Shown: positions 28,535-40,700, numbered from the stretch's first letter. The stretch is 63,364 nucleotides of DNA from an uncultured Clostridia bacterium (GCA_944332185.1 CALVJJ010000001.1:66422-129785), one strand, 5' to 3'. Translations and numbers: made by a program. Notes: generated from the sequence alone by a model not told the origin.

Positions 28535-31500
28535 TTATGCCTGCCATTTTAGTTTTACATGGTCGCTAGAAGCGACAAATTCTAAAGTAAGTCCTGTCAT
28601 TTGACTTAGATCAGTATACACAGTCACCCCTGTAAGACTTAAGGTGTTATTACTCATCGTGATTTCGCTAGATTCGTATGTCTTGATCAAAGTTTGATTT
28701 TGACAATTACTATAGTAATACACGTTATTAAAGATTGAGTAACCATTTTGTTTTGCATTAGAACTATATGCAATTTGACCAAATTGATATCTATTATTCG
28801 TGCTTGTAATATCATGAATGACTACATAGCAATTCACAATAGAAGCGCTACTAACTGCCACAGCAGAATTGTTGTATGTTACCAGACCACCGACATAAGC
28901 AAAATTTTCTGTTAAAGAAGAGACATTACTATCTAGTACTAAATTGTCACTATTTATCAATACATAAGAGTTACTAATTCTTGGATCCATGTCTGCTCCC
29001 AAATATCTATTCAAGTTGTTTACCACTAAACCACCTACATAAATTGGAGATACTGAATTATTAGAATCTTTTGTCACTTGTACAGCACGAATAGAACCCG
29101 TAAAGTACGAAGTATTGAGTTGTGCATAGTTTTGATAAATAATACCAGCAATATTGCTACCACTTAGTACCCCTTCTACCCCACATTGTTCTACAAGTTG
29201 CTTATTTTCATACACAATACCAGCTAATTTTGAAGCATAACTAATAGATTGACTTTCGTTCGTGTTATTCGTCATATTCATAGTATTGACAACGTGTTTG
29301 ATTGTCTTGTCGTTGGTATAAGCAACACCTGCTACAATAATTTCTCCAGATGTTCCTGTATAAGTTGTGAGCGATCCACTTAGTGTAATATTCACAATGG
29401 TACCTTGGTTCCATTCGGTAATCATAAATACATGTAGTTCATTTGATGTACTTGCTGGCATAACGGTAAGAGCATTGGCGACAACAGAAATATTACTGAT
29501 AGTACCTGTATTAGTACCTGCTACAAATGCCAAATTGTTGACCGTATATGTTCCACTAATTGTAAGACTAAGTCCATCAATAGTTCCGTTATTCGTATCA
29601 GCAATTAAGCGATAGGTTGATTTAGATATATTATTATTCTTGGTGATTACCAAATTGGTTACACTGCCATCTTTGGTAATTGTCCCAAACAAACTTTCTG
29701 TATAGGTATTAGGAATAGTAAGAGTTTTTCCATTACCCAGAATGACACCATCTAATTTTTCCATCTTTGTATAACTATTCGATAGAGTAATGTTATCAGA
29801 AAGTTGGAAGTAATAATGAAGTGCAACTGTACCATCTACTGATTCATACGAAATGGTGTTACGTTCTCGAATAGCCAAGAATTGTTCGGCTGTACTAATG
29901 ATGTAAGGATCTTTTTGTGATCCACTACCACTCGCATAAATAGAGTAGTTAGCTGTAAAATCAAATGGTAATGACATCACACCTAAGTCATTCATTGCAT
30001 AAATTTTGACGGTATATTGTTGTGCAATCGTTGGAAGATAATAAGTTGTAGCAGATTTTGCAAGAACGATTGGACCAGAGGAAATCGTCTCTCCATTTCT
30101 CATGTAAGAGTATTCCAATACTGGATAAGCTGTGGTGGTTTTATTCGTCCATACAATCTTACCATTTTGTTGTAAAGATTGAACATCTACTACTGGAGTT
30201 TGAGGAAGTTCGATATCCATATAACTATCTTCGTCTATCAATAAGCTAGAAGCATACAAATGATCTTGTGTATTTTGATCAGCAGAAATAGTACTACCCA
30301 TTGCTTCTACATAAATTCGATATACACTTTGTTGAATATTGGCAATAGAGAATTTCCATACATTTTGCTCTGGATCATATTCAAAATCTTTTTGTTGATC
30401 GACTTGATCCACATATACAATGTATTCACTATCATATTCATACACACCATCTGTATTTGGTACATATACATATACTTTATATCCTAATGCATGATCAATA
30501 CTGTTCCATTTTATGAAATTACCTGCACTGGTATCTGCATCATCAGTGGATAAGGTAACATGCTGTAAAATAGTAAAGTTCATGCGAGCAATTTCACCAT
30601 CTACATAGGTTGTATTGCCTAGCACACTCTTAAATTGTACAGTAATGGTATATACAACATTTGGTTGTAAGTATTCCCCATTACCAAGTGTAATGGTATT
30701 TAGATCAAGATTGGTCGTAGTTCCTGTATAAGATTGTTTAAAGATAGCCAAATTGCCTTGTAAAATTTCAACAGCTATTTCTCCTACTTCTTCAAATCCA
30801 ACTGAGGAAGTATTCCATACAATCTTACCTTGTTCCAATCTCAAATCTGGAGCATTCAGTTTTGTGACAGTAATAGAATTAGAGAACACACTAGACAACT
30901 GCTGCGTGATGCTGTCAGCTAGATTTCTTAATTTGATTTCATAACTTCCAGCTTTGTAGTTGGCATCTAGACTAAATGTCTTACCAAAAACCTTTTCTTC
31001 TAGTATGGTTCCGTTCACCATGACTTCAAATTGATTACCTGTGCCGTCCCATGTGATCTTACCATTTTCAATTCTAAGTCCTGTTGGAGCAGACAATCTA
31101 CTATATCCTGTATCCATAGTGGTATAAGAACTTCTTAAATAAGCAAAATTGTCTTCTGTTGGTTGTTCATCATCTTCTACCATATTGGCAATCGCAATTT
31201 TATAATATTGCAATAATCCATCTACATATTGTAGATATTGATCTCCAATAGCCAAACGAGATTGTTCTCCTAATTGACTACTAACAATAGAGTATTCTTT
31301 ATCTGTTGTGTATCCGCCGTTTTGTTCAGCACTTTGATATACCATTGCTTTTGCTGCTGTTGGACTTGTCACGACTGCATCTACCCAATTTGGAGTCCAT
31401 ACAAAATCTCCATAATCAAGATCAATGGTATTGCCTCCTTGTAAAATTTCTGGCAAACGATATACTTTTACTTCTGGGCTCCATTCACCATTTAAGAAAG

Positions 31501-34500
31501 CAGTTCCATCGCCCAATGCTCTAACCTTAAAGGCATACCAGCCAGCGCCAAATTGATGTTCAGCAAAATCTACATCTAGATCTTCATACGTGATGATTTT
31601 ACTATCATAAATTCGAACAATATCTGCTTCTTGTTGTCCAATCACATCATCTTTTGACGTGATCTTATAGACGTGTACTTCGTATTGAAGCGCATTACTA
31701 ACAGCACCTGTACCCCACATCAATTCCCCATCTTTTACAAATGGTATAGCTTCCGTAAGGATTTGTGTTTTACTACTTGTCCCTACCCCACTACGAAGAA
31801 TAATGGTTTCATCTGGATCAACTGCTGTACTATCTTCTGTTCCTAGTACTCTAACACGAATGTAAAAATCTTTTCCTTGGTTAATTGGCGAAGTCGCATT
31901 TAATAATTCACGCACGTTTACTTCTCCATATTGTCCAGAAAGGTTCTTTTGTGGAACAATATATTCTTGATAAGTGATTGCCATATTCATATCATAAGAA
32001 CCATATTCCACTACATAAGTTGTATCTAAGGTTGTAACTTCTTCTTCACCTTGTTGTATGAAAGGTACTTTTTTGAAAATGATGGTTTCATTGTGGATAT
32101 AAGAAGAAATATATGTATCTCCTTCTCCCGTAGCAATAGATTGTGGAGCAATGGATCTATATACTGTCATCAAACTACTTGGGTAGTTCGCATTGACAAA
32201 TAAATCATATTGTGCTTCTGTATCTCCAGTATTACCCAAGCTACGAAGTTTGATTTGATAATACCCTGATGCTCTCATGATGGAAGTCTGGCTGTTATAG
32301 ATCATATCATCATAGGATAAAATCAATTTTTGATTCTCATCATCGCTGACGATAGTAGATACTACTAGTTTTTGATAAGCAAAAATTCCCACACTAGATC
32401 CATTCATACCTAAATTGGCTGCACCCAATTCAAAATACACTAATTGTGCGAGCGAATTAAAATAAGTTGTTTCTTGTGGTGTCATTTGTCCACCATGATA
32501 TTTTTTCACAAGGTTTGCTAATTCCACCCCTGCTTGATAATCAAAAGGTTGGATTTCACCTTCCATATTTTGATATTGCATCATAGAGTTAATGGTAGCA
32601 AAAGGCAAATCCCATGTCAAAATACCATTGATCACTCGTACATTTTGGAGTGGCGACAATTTTGTAACTGTAATCGTAGCTGGAATATCATTAGATAGAA
32701 CAGTTTTTCCATCACCTAATGGGTAAAGAGCTATAAAATACTTTCCACCTTGTCCTAATTCTTCTAATTCATAAGTCGTTTCATACATATTGTCTATGAC
32801 TTTTAGGGCATCTTTTTGCGTATAAGAAGTATCAATTCCTTCTTCATAATCATACATTTTGATCATGAACTTTGTGGCATTTCCTAAATCCCATGTTAAG
32901 ATCCCGTTACTAACTTGCAAACCAGTGATTTGGCCTAAAGTTGTATACGAAATTGGAGTAGATATAGCACTGGTCCAATATCCTATTGCGCCATCTGTAA
33001 GACTTACTTGATCACTCCCAACTGCCAAAACTACATATTGATGGGTTGTCCCTTCAATGTCAGTATTGACCATATAATATTGATTTTCTTCTGTTTGTGC
33101 AATCAAGGTAAGGGTAGGATCTTCATTACCTTCTTGACTCACTACTTCATAAATCATATACGATGTAGCACCATTCACAGCATTCCAAGTTAGCGTTGCT
33201 GTATTGGTTTGATCATTGAGTACCACTGCCAAGTTTTGTGGAGCTTGCATTCCTTGAATGACTGCATCTACTGTAGTTTCACTGGTAATGATATTCCCTG
33301 TTTCCTCATCATAACAAGCAATAGCAATATGATTTTGTTGTTCTGCAACAAACTGATTACCAGAGTAATATAACACGCCATCTTCTTCGTAAAATTCATA
33401 TCCTACTCTTTGTACAGTTTCAGCATCTTTGGCTTCTTCAAGTAGAATAGGTGCCCCGTTAAGATATAGAATATATTTTGTTGTAGGTGTTGCGTTGCTT
33501 GGGGCCTTCCATTGTAGCACCCCTTGTATTACACCAGAAATCACTGATGCTTTCTTTCCTACGATCAAGTTGGTTGCTGTACTTAATTTTGTCACAGCTA
33601 TCGTTTCTTTTTGTGTACTACTAATAGTACTACTACCATCACCAATCACTGTAATGGTTACTTGGTAATTGCCCACATATTTTTGTTGGTCAGTATCTTT
33701 AAAAGCAAAAGATTTTTGTAATTTATTATCTAATGTAGTACGAGTTTCTCCTTGCACTAACTCCAATTCAAATCGAACAGGTTGTTGTCTATCTACATAA
33801 TCATATACCAAAATTCCATCTTCTACTCTTACATTGCTGACGCCTGATAATTGATATGTACTTGTTGCTGTAGGCGCACTACTTACATATCGTACACTAT
33901 CCCCGATAGCCGTAAGAGAAAAATCGAATTCTCCTGCATTTGGTAATACTGGTAATGCGGTAGATAGTGTCAAAGCATCTAGATCTTGATGATATTCCAT
34001 GGTATTACTTGCATCAATAGCATAACCTGTTGCATGTTCTACTGTTTCCCACAAGAATTGATTATTTTGAATTCTAAACTGTGTAGGGCTTGGTAGTTTT
34101 TCTACTTCAAAGGCAGTTTTGTTTTTATTAGATGTCATATAATCATCATGTGTTACTTCTACAATCAGTTGGTAAGTTTTTCCTGCCACTAGCATAGATC
34201 CAATATTGGTACTACTATCTTTAATACCTGCTTGTATCGTTTCATACATCACACCTGTGTCACTTTTCACAACATGATAAATATTGTAAGATACTCCTTC
34301 AATTTGGCTATCCACAATTTGTAAAACGCCATTTTGTAAAGTAAGACTTCCCACAGCCAATTTGTCAAATTCCAATGCAATAGAATCTTCACTGCTGATA
34401 ATATTCACATCATCACCAATCGCTGTGACAGTGGCTGTATATTTTCCTGCATCAAGATCAGCATAATAGGATAATCCAGAAACTGTTTCTAATTTCCCAG

Positions 34501-37228
34501 TATTTAATTTGACTTGATACCCAGTAGCTGTAATACCATAACTAGTCAAATCTCCAGTAGACCAAGTTAATTTTCCTTGTGCCATAGCAAGTTGTGGAGT
34601 GTTTAATTTGTAAAACTCTTTTGCTTGTGTTTGTACTGATGTCAAATATCCTATTCCAGATGTAACACTGTTGCCTATTGCATACACGGTGGCCAAATAT
34701 GCACCAGATTCTGCTACTTGAATCGTATAAGTGTTGGCAGATACTTGTTGGGTGTATTTGACTTCATGATTTTGAGAGATAGTCACTTGATATGCTGTAG
34801 CACCTGTGACAGTATCCCAAGATAATGACACGACATTATCTTTTTTTGTCATAGACACAGCATTCATGCCTAAAAGTGTAATTTTCATTGCTGGACTATA
34901 TGCGCTACTTAATTTCCCATTTTGTTTGACTCTGACAGCAACTTCATAAGGTGTTTGCATTGTCAAATACGATCTAATATCCACTGTGATATCTTCTGTT
35001 GTAATGACTGTAGCCAAGGCTTGATCTTGATAGATGGCTAGTTCATAAGTAGCTTCTTCTAGTATTCCACTTTGCTCATTTTCTACAATGACAAGTTCGC
35101 CATTTACCGTTTTGACACCTTCTGGAGTATACAACATAGCAAAACTATATTCTGTCCCTTTACTCATGACAGTATTATAATTATTACCCCAAGCATAGAT
35201 GGTAATAGTATTTTGCCCTGCTACTGCATGACGTGGTGCATATTGTGTTTGATTTCCAATGTAATAATACTGCGCATTTTGTGATTCTTTGATGATATAC
35301 CCAGTGGACTTTGCCACACTAGAGAACGAAATGGTCTGTGTATCATCATGGAATTCTATATCTTCAAAATCTGTATTTGGTAATACTTCGAATGTAAAAC
35401 CGTAAGTCGTTGTATCTTGAAAATCTACTGTACTAGAGATGACAGCATTTTCCCCATTGGCTTGTACCCATACATGATAGATCGCTGGATCCATCACAAA
35501 ACCAAATGTGTAATTTGTATCAGTTGTTGTAGCCACTCTAGTTGCTTGTTCACTGCCTTTTTGCAGGTAAATGGTATAACTCGTAGCATTTTGAACAGCT
35601 TCCCATTCTACGGTTGGATTCACCCAATCCGTGATGATCTCTAGATTATCACTTTCTGGTACTGTTGTTTTTGTGCCTTGGTTGGTTACACAGGTAATAG
35701 TGGCATTATTGAGTTTTTCAATTTCGATTCCATCTATTAGTAATTTGTTACTATTGACTAGATTCAATCCGGTATTTTCTTTTGCAATCACTCGAATGGC
35801 AATGTGATATAGACCTGCATTTTCAATAATCAGTCCTACTTGACTACTGTTGCCTGTGACGATACTTGAGTAGGAATCAATTTCATTTTCATAATAGATT
35901 TGGTATTCTTCTACTCCAATCACACTTTCAAATGTCAAAAGATTGCCCGTTAGTTTTACACTAGATGGATTGATAGATCCGATCTTGGTAAAGGAAAGTA
36001 CTTCACTGATAGTTCCATCAATGGTATTATCTTCCCCATGTGCCATTACTTGTAAATGATACTCCCCTGCATTCAATTCTTCAGGGATTTTGTATTCATT
36101 CACATAGACATCTTCTTGTTTTACTTCTAGTCCATCTGTGGTTGTGATTTTGACCGTATAATAGGTCGCATATTCTACGGTATCCCAACGAATGATTGAC
36201 TGATCTTGTCCATTGTGAATGGTAAAATTCGCAACTTGAGAAAGTGGATAAATTGTCAAAGAATGGGACCACTCACTTTCCAAATACACATATTTTGTAT
36301 CTGTTGATGGGTGAATAGCTTTGACTCGAATAGAGTACTCATCATAAGAAGGAAATTCTTCTAATAAAGCATACGTTATTTCTTCTTCTCCATTACTAGG
36401 AATAGTTACTATCGTCGTAGTTGGTTGTCCATGATCTAGGTAGGTAATTTCTACTTGATAAGCATTGGCTCTAGCAACTGGATCAAAATAAATGACACCA
36501 TCTTCTTGACGAATATCTGTCACTGTTTCCAATGCTGTAAAGTATAACTCTTGTGAATAACTACCATCTGCTGTTGTGGTACCATTACCATTTGCTTTGA
36601 CTTTTACTGTATATTCATGTCCTATTGTAAAATCTACCACTTGGTATCGTACGATATTTTGATAAGTTGGATCATAATAGACAGTAATAGGATCCAAAGT
36701 TTCTGCATTGTCAGTCATCACCAATGTGTAATTCTTGGCATCATCGATCTTATCCCATATCACATATCCATCTTCATAGACTAGATGTGTTGGAGTAGGT
36801 AAAATGGTAGGATCTACTACTTGGAAAGTAAAGGTATCTGATCGAACAGGTAGACTTTTTGTCTCAATATGTACAGTCACTTCTCCACGATTGACAGCAT
36901 GAATCAACACACTACCCATGACTCCGTTTTGTGTTGTTTCCACAATTTCTGCTGCATCAGCAATTCCTGTAAAAAATACATTCACATCATTTTGTGTGGA
37001 AGTACCTGGTCGAATTTGGTAATCTATCTTAATGGTAGAACCGACATAGACAAAATTTTCACCATCAACAACATAATCTCCAATGGAATCTTTGTTGTTG
37101 ATCGTCAGTGAAATAGGCGTGGTCACAATGGTTGGTGTATCATTCTTACTAGAACAACTGCACCCCCCTAAAATAGCTACACAAAAGATAGCAAAATACA
37201 TTAAAATTAAAGATGTTTTCCTTTTCAT
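28535..37228 (-). CDS. Giant (2897 aa) surface lipoprotein with many FN3-like repeats and a C-terminal GLUG-like beta-solenoid
   Basis: Lipobox LGGC; more than 20 repeats of type L..P......G.L.W..V..A..Y.V...Y...V.A.G....S..S; GSGSQKDPYIISTAEQF followed by GGLV..N / AGIV..N repeats. Confidence 0.85.
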   Translation of the reverse strand: MKRKTSLILMYFAIFCVAILGGCSCSSKNDTPTIVTTPISLTINNKDSIGDYVVDGENFVYVGSTIKIDYQIRPGTSTQNDVNVFFTGIADAAEIVETTQNGVMGSVLIHAVNRGEVTVHIETKSLPVRSDTFTFQVVDPTILPTPTHLVYEDGYVIWDKIDDAKNYTLVMTDNAETLDPITVYYDPTYQNIVRYQVVDFTIGHEYTVKVKANGNGTTTADGSYSQELYFTALETVTDIRQEDGVIYFDPVARANAYQVEITYLDHGQPTTTIVTIPSNGEEEITYALLEEFPSYDEYSIRVKAIHPSTDTKYVYLESEWSHSLTIYPLSQVANFTIHNGQDQSIIRWDTVEYATYYTVKITTTDGLEVKQEDVYVNEYKIPEELNAGEYHLQVMAHGEDNTIDGTISEVLSFTKIGSINPSSVKLTGNLLTFESVIGVEEYQIYYENEIDSYSSIVTGNSSQVGLIIENAGLYHIAIRVIAKENTGLNLVNSNKLLIDGIEIEKLNNATITCVTNQGTKTTVPESDNLEIITDWVNPTVEWEAVQNATSYTIYLQKGSEQATRVATTTDTNYTFGFVMDPAIYHVWVQANGENAVISSTVDFQDTTTYGFTFEVLPNTDFEDIEFHDDTQTISFSSVAKSTGYIIKESQNAQYYYIGNQTQYAPRHAVAGQNTITIYAWGNNYNTVMSKGTEYSFAMLYTPEGVKTVNGELVIVENEQSGILEEATYELAIYQDQALATVITTEDITVDIRSYLTMQTPYEVAVRVKQNGKLSSAYSPAMKITLLGMNAVSMTKKDNVVSLSWDTVTGATAYQVTISQNHEVKYTQQVSANTYTIQVAESGAYLATVYAIGNSVTSGIGYLTSVQTQAKEFYKLNTPQLAMAQGKLTWSTGDLTSYGITATGYQVKLNTGKLETVSGLSYYADLDAGKYTATVTAIGDDVNIISSEDSIALEFDKLAVGSLTLQNGVLQIVDSQIEGVSYNIYHVVKSDTGVMYETIQAGIKDSSTNIGSMLVAGKTYQLIVEVTHDDYMTSNKNKTAFEVEKLPSPTQFRIQNNQFLWETVEHATGYAIDASNTMEYHQDLDALTLSTALPVLPNAGEFDFSLTAIGDSVRYVSSAPTATSTYQLSGVSNVRVEDGILVYDYVDRQQPVRFELELVQGETRTTLDNKLQKSFAFKDTDQQKYVGNYQVTITVIGDGSSTISSTQKETIAVTKLSTATNLIVGKKASVISGVIQGVLQWKAPSNATPTTKYILYLNGAPILLEEAKDAETVQRVGYEFYEEDGVLYYSGNQFVAEQQNHIAIACYDEETGNIITSETTVDAVIQGMQAPQNLAVVLNDQTNTATLTWNAVNGATSYMIYEVVSQEGNEDPTLTLIAQTEENQYYMVNTDIEGTTHQYVVLAVGSDQVSLTDGAIGYWTSAISTPISYTTLGQITGLQVSNGILTWDLGNATKFMIKMYDYEEGIDTSYTQKDALKVIDNMYETTYELEELGQGGKYFIALYPLGDGKTVLSNDIPATITVTKLSPLQNVRVINGILTWDLPFATINSMMQYQNMEGEIQPFDYQAGVELANLVKKYHGGQMTPQETTYFNSLAQLVYFELGAANLGMNGSSVGIFAYQKLVVSTIVSDDENQKLILSYDDMIYNSQTSIMRASGYYQIKLRSLGNTGDTEAQYDLFVNANYPSSLMTVYRSIAPQSIATGEGDTYISSYIHNETIIFKKVPFIQQGEEEVTTLDTTYVVEYGSYDMNMAITYQEYIVPQKNLSGQYGEVNVRELLNATSPINQGKDFYIRVRVLGTEDSTAVDPDETIILRSGVGTSSKTQILTEAIPFVKDGELMWGTGAVSNALQYEVHVYKITSKDDVIGQQEADIVRIYDSKIITYEDLDVDFAEHQFGAGWYAFKVRALGDGTAFLNGEWSPEVKVYRLPEILQGGNTIDLDYGDFVWTPNWVDAVVTSPTAAKAMVYQSAEQNGGYTTDKEYSIVSSQLGEQSRLAIGDQYLQYVDGLLQYYKIAIANMVEDDEQPTEDNFAYLRSSYTTMDTGYSRLSAPTGLRIENGKITWDGTGNQFEVMVNGTILEEKVFGKTFSLDANYKAGSYEIKLRNLADSITQQLSSVFSNSITVTKLNAPDLRLEQGKIVWNTSSVGFEEVGEIAVEILQGNLAIFKQSYTGTTTNLDLNTITLGNGEYLQPNVVYTITVQFKSVLGNTTYVDGEIARMNFTILQHVTLSTDDADTSAGNFIKWNSIDHALGYKVYVYVPNTDGVYEYDSEYIVYVDQVDQQKDFEYDPEQNVWKFSIANIQQSVYRIYVEAMGSTISADQNTQDHLYASSLLIDEDSYMDIELPQTPVVDVQSLQQNGKIVWTNKTTTAYPVLEYSYMRNGETISSGPIVLAKSATTYYLPTIAQQYTVKIYAMNDLGVMSLPFDFTANYSIYASGSGSQKDPYIISTAEQFLAIRERNTISYESVDGTVALHYYFQLSDNITLSNSYTKMEKLDGVILGNGKTLTIPNTYTESLFGTITKDGSVTNLVITKNNNISKSTYRLIADTNNGTIDGLSLTISGTYTVNNLAFVAGTNTGTISNISVVANALTVMPASTSNELHVFMITEWNQGTIVNITLSGSLTTYTGTSGEIIVAGVAYTNDKTIKHVVNTMNMTNNTNESQSISYASKLAGIVYENKQLVEQCGVEGVLSGSNIAGIIYQNYAQLNTSYFTGSIRAVQVTKDSNNSVSPIYVGGLVVNNLNRYLGADMDPRISNSYVLINSDNLVLDSNVSSLTENFAYVGGLVTYNNSAVAVSSASIVNCYVVIHDITSTNNRYQFGQIAYSSNAKQNGYSIFNNVYYYSNCQNQTLIKTYESSEITMSNNTLSLTGVTVYTDLSQMTGLTLEFVASSDHVKLKWQA

Positions 37229-37705
37229 ATCTTATCCTCTATCTTTTTCCCGTTGACAGGAATCGACATATCTATGTTTATTCTACCAAAATTTTACACA
37301 AACGCAAAACAATTCAAACTATTTTATCTTATTTTATGTAAATATATATAAAATATAAAAAGAATATTTTTGTTTGTTTTTCTATCTACTTTTGTCTAAT
37401 TTTCCAAACTATTTTTTAGTTTTTAGTTGTTTTTGATCTATAGGCAGGGACAAACAATATTATAAAAAAAGAATAAATTGTAAAAAATATGTAATGATTT
37501 TAAGATAAAAAAATTATGAAAAATTTTTATGATTTTTCTCTTTATTTCGTGTGTTTCAGCTATCTATTCTCTTAAAAAATAAGTCTCTATAATTGTCTTA
37601 TGATACTATATTTTTTTATCTTGATTGCAAAAAATAATGAAAGTTTTTAATTATATTTTTTGTGTTTGATAAAACATATTTTTACAAAAGTCAAAAAAAA
37701 GCATA

Positions 37706-37737
37706 AAAAAATCAAGCAAAATAATGCTTGATTTTTT
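37706..37737 (-). terminator. Intrinsic terminator after 1996-aa gene
   Basis: AAAAATCAAGCA/TGCTTGATTTTT. Confidence 0.8.
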
Positions 37738-40700
37738 ATAGATCTGCACCCCATGTTGCATATAGTGTCATATCACTTGTTACAACTATTTCCGTAAGCA
37801 CGGTATAGTCTTTGTTTTGTATGTTAGATATCAACACATTGCTAGCACCGGTCGTATTCCAAGTCACAACACGCATATCATAACTATCTGTAATCCATAC
37901 ACATTGATAGGTATAGGTACAATAACTTGTATATAAAGATGGATCAATCGTATCCCCTTCTAACACATAAATATTTTCTACTGTGTTTGGTGCTTTCACA
38001 CAAGTAATTTTTCCTTGGAATGCACTATTTTTATCTATCCATGCTGAAGGTTTTACCCAACCTAAATTAAAGGATACCACATACCAATTTTTACGTTCTT
38101 CTTCTACAACAGAAACAATATTTCTATCTGTATTGCTCATCACAAAATTGGTAAGGTACTGACCATTTTCTTGGTACCCTAAGAAATGGTAAATCATGCG
38201 ATATGCTAATTTTCCACCCTCTTGATAGTCAATACTATACTCTACCTGTTCTGGTAATTGAAAGGTTTCTCCTTGGTACAAATCAAGTGTTTTTGTATAT
38301 TGTGTATGCTGTTGATCTACCTTTTCATAATATGTATAAGTTACTCTATAACGATTGCGAATATGTAACACAAGATCTTGATCAGGCATAGTATCCTGAT
38401 ACGTTGTGGCTTGTGTGTATTCTGCATCTAGATACCATTTGGTAAATTTATCAATTTTGATCCTATCTGGCAACGAGATCACATCTCCTACTTTCCATAA
38501 CCCTTGATACACAATTTCATTTTGGTCTAGAATGGTCAAAGATCTTTCTTTGACAATACTTAAAACTTCCCATTGTGCATAGATCGTAAGATCGTGGCTT
38601 GGCATCATACCTGTAAATTCTTCACGATATTCTGGATCTACATACCACCCTAAGAAATGGTATGTAATGGTCGTACCATCTGTATTCTCTACGATCGTAT
38701 TCCATGATGGAAGTGATACAGTATCTTGTTCATAACACTGCATAGCTGGTAATGATTCCCCATGATCTGTAACAAATTGCAAGGTATAAGAAGTTTGAGT
38801 ATAGGTGGTAATGAATCTAGCATACAAATTTTGACTTACAGAAGGTATTAAGGTGATTTTATCTCCATTTTGATCTGCCCAACAATCAAATGTTTGAAAT
38901 AGTTTTTGATTGCCTTGAATAAGAATACGATCTTGTAAATAATTTTCTTTGATAGCAGTTCCGACCAATCCATAGTACTGATCTATGAGTTGGTCATCTA
39001 CATAGTAGAATATAGTACGATATGCCTCTTTCTCTACCCATTTTGCATATAGAGTTAGGTCCCCTCTGGTGATCACCGTTTTTGTATATTTTTCACCTTC
39101 AAAAGTTGGTGTTGTATACCAGCCATCAAAAGTATAGATAGTCTTATCTGTATCCGTTTCAACCACTTTATTTGGTAAAGTTGGCAAAGTATAGACAGTA
39201 TCAATAGCTCCTGTCACATTTTCAACTTCTTGCCCACCGTTTTCTTCAAAACTTACCGTATAGACAGTGGCACTAGCAAGTGTCCAATTCCCATTACTTG
39301 CGTGCCAATATTCGTCTACTTTATATGGATAACTATTGATATAATTTTCCATTTCTGCAAAATCAATTTCTTGCCCAATAGTATTTAGCGTAAGATCAGT
39401 ACTTGTAATATCTACCTTAAATGCACTAGAGATTGGCATATGTACTTCCAATGCCCCTTGCACAATGTACTCTTTTTGATCTACTGGACTCGTGGTAAGA
39501 CGAATGGTCATGGTATCTAAGTCACTATTGTTGGCTAACTCTGCAAGATTTAAGATCAATTCATAGGTGTTATCAGTCTTACCAAAACCTAGTAAAATAT
39601 TACTCATATCTAATGGAGTCGTTCGGTTCATAGCTTTATCGACTGCTACTTGAATCTCGTCCATGATAATGTCTTGGAATCCACAACCATAACTTAATAG
39701 CATCATAGGATCAGCCAAAAATTCTTCCAAAGTCATTTTTAATTTTTTCTCATATTTTCTATCAGAACTTGCAAATCTAGGAATATTTTCACTTCGATAA
39801 AAATACACATAGCCATCTGCAAAATATACTTTCAAGATTCTATCTTTTCCACAATTCACACCACTAATGGTATCACCAAAAACATAAGGAACATCATTAT
39901 CAATTGGTGCAATGACTGGAATTGGTCCAACAGTTAGCATGATTTCTGGTTTTTGATCACGCAGACGAATTGCAAGATCAACTGGTACACTCATAGAGAT
40001 GGCATCACTTAAACTCAAAACTTCCATGGTAATATCTAAAGTAGCTGTGATATGGAAATATTGCAAACTTGATGTATCTATAAAAGCTTTGACTAATGGT
40101 GCACAATCAGACAAATCCATATATTGTTCTTTATCTGGTAATTGTTGCACTCCTTGAAATTCATTGACAAAGATAGACAAATCGAATTTTTCAGTTGGTG
40201 TCACCCCTGAATAAAAGTCTTTAATTATAATACCACTTAATGCATGGTCATTGGTAATGATATCAATGGTGACATCTTGACTATTTTCCACCCCACTTAA
40301 TTTTGAACCATATAATGTAATGGTCAAAATGGAATCATGAAAACTTACCTTTTTAATATAGGTTAGTAGCATCAGTGGTTGTGTTGGATCAAACGATGGA
40401 ATCAGTTGTTGCAAATTCTCTAGATCTAGTTGCATATCTTGTGCGACATCTTGTAAGAAATCTAATTTTGAAGTATCAATACCCAAAACACTAGCGAGTA
40501 TATACGCTAATTCCTTGAGACAATCTTGTGACATTTTGACTTTTAATTTGTTGTAATTGACATACAGCATTTTGTCTTCATAAGCAAGATTAAATTCCAT
40601 ATCTTGCAATCCAGTCAGTTTTGCCTCGCCGAACAATGCAAAAGTGTTTTGCCAATCCATTTCTAATTGACAGTTGGCAACATATTGAATACTATTTTCT

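Noticed and set aside
37290-37700. Very AT-rich 400-bp gap as possible ncRNA or replication origin
   Set aside because: No stable structure, DnaA-box cluster or ORF that I could support; likely upstream regulatory DNA. The same applies to 62963-63286
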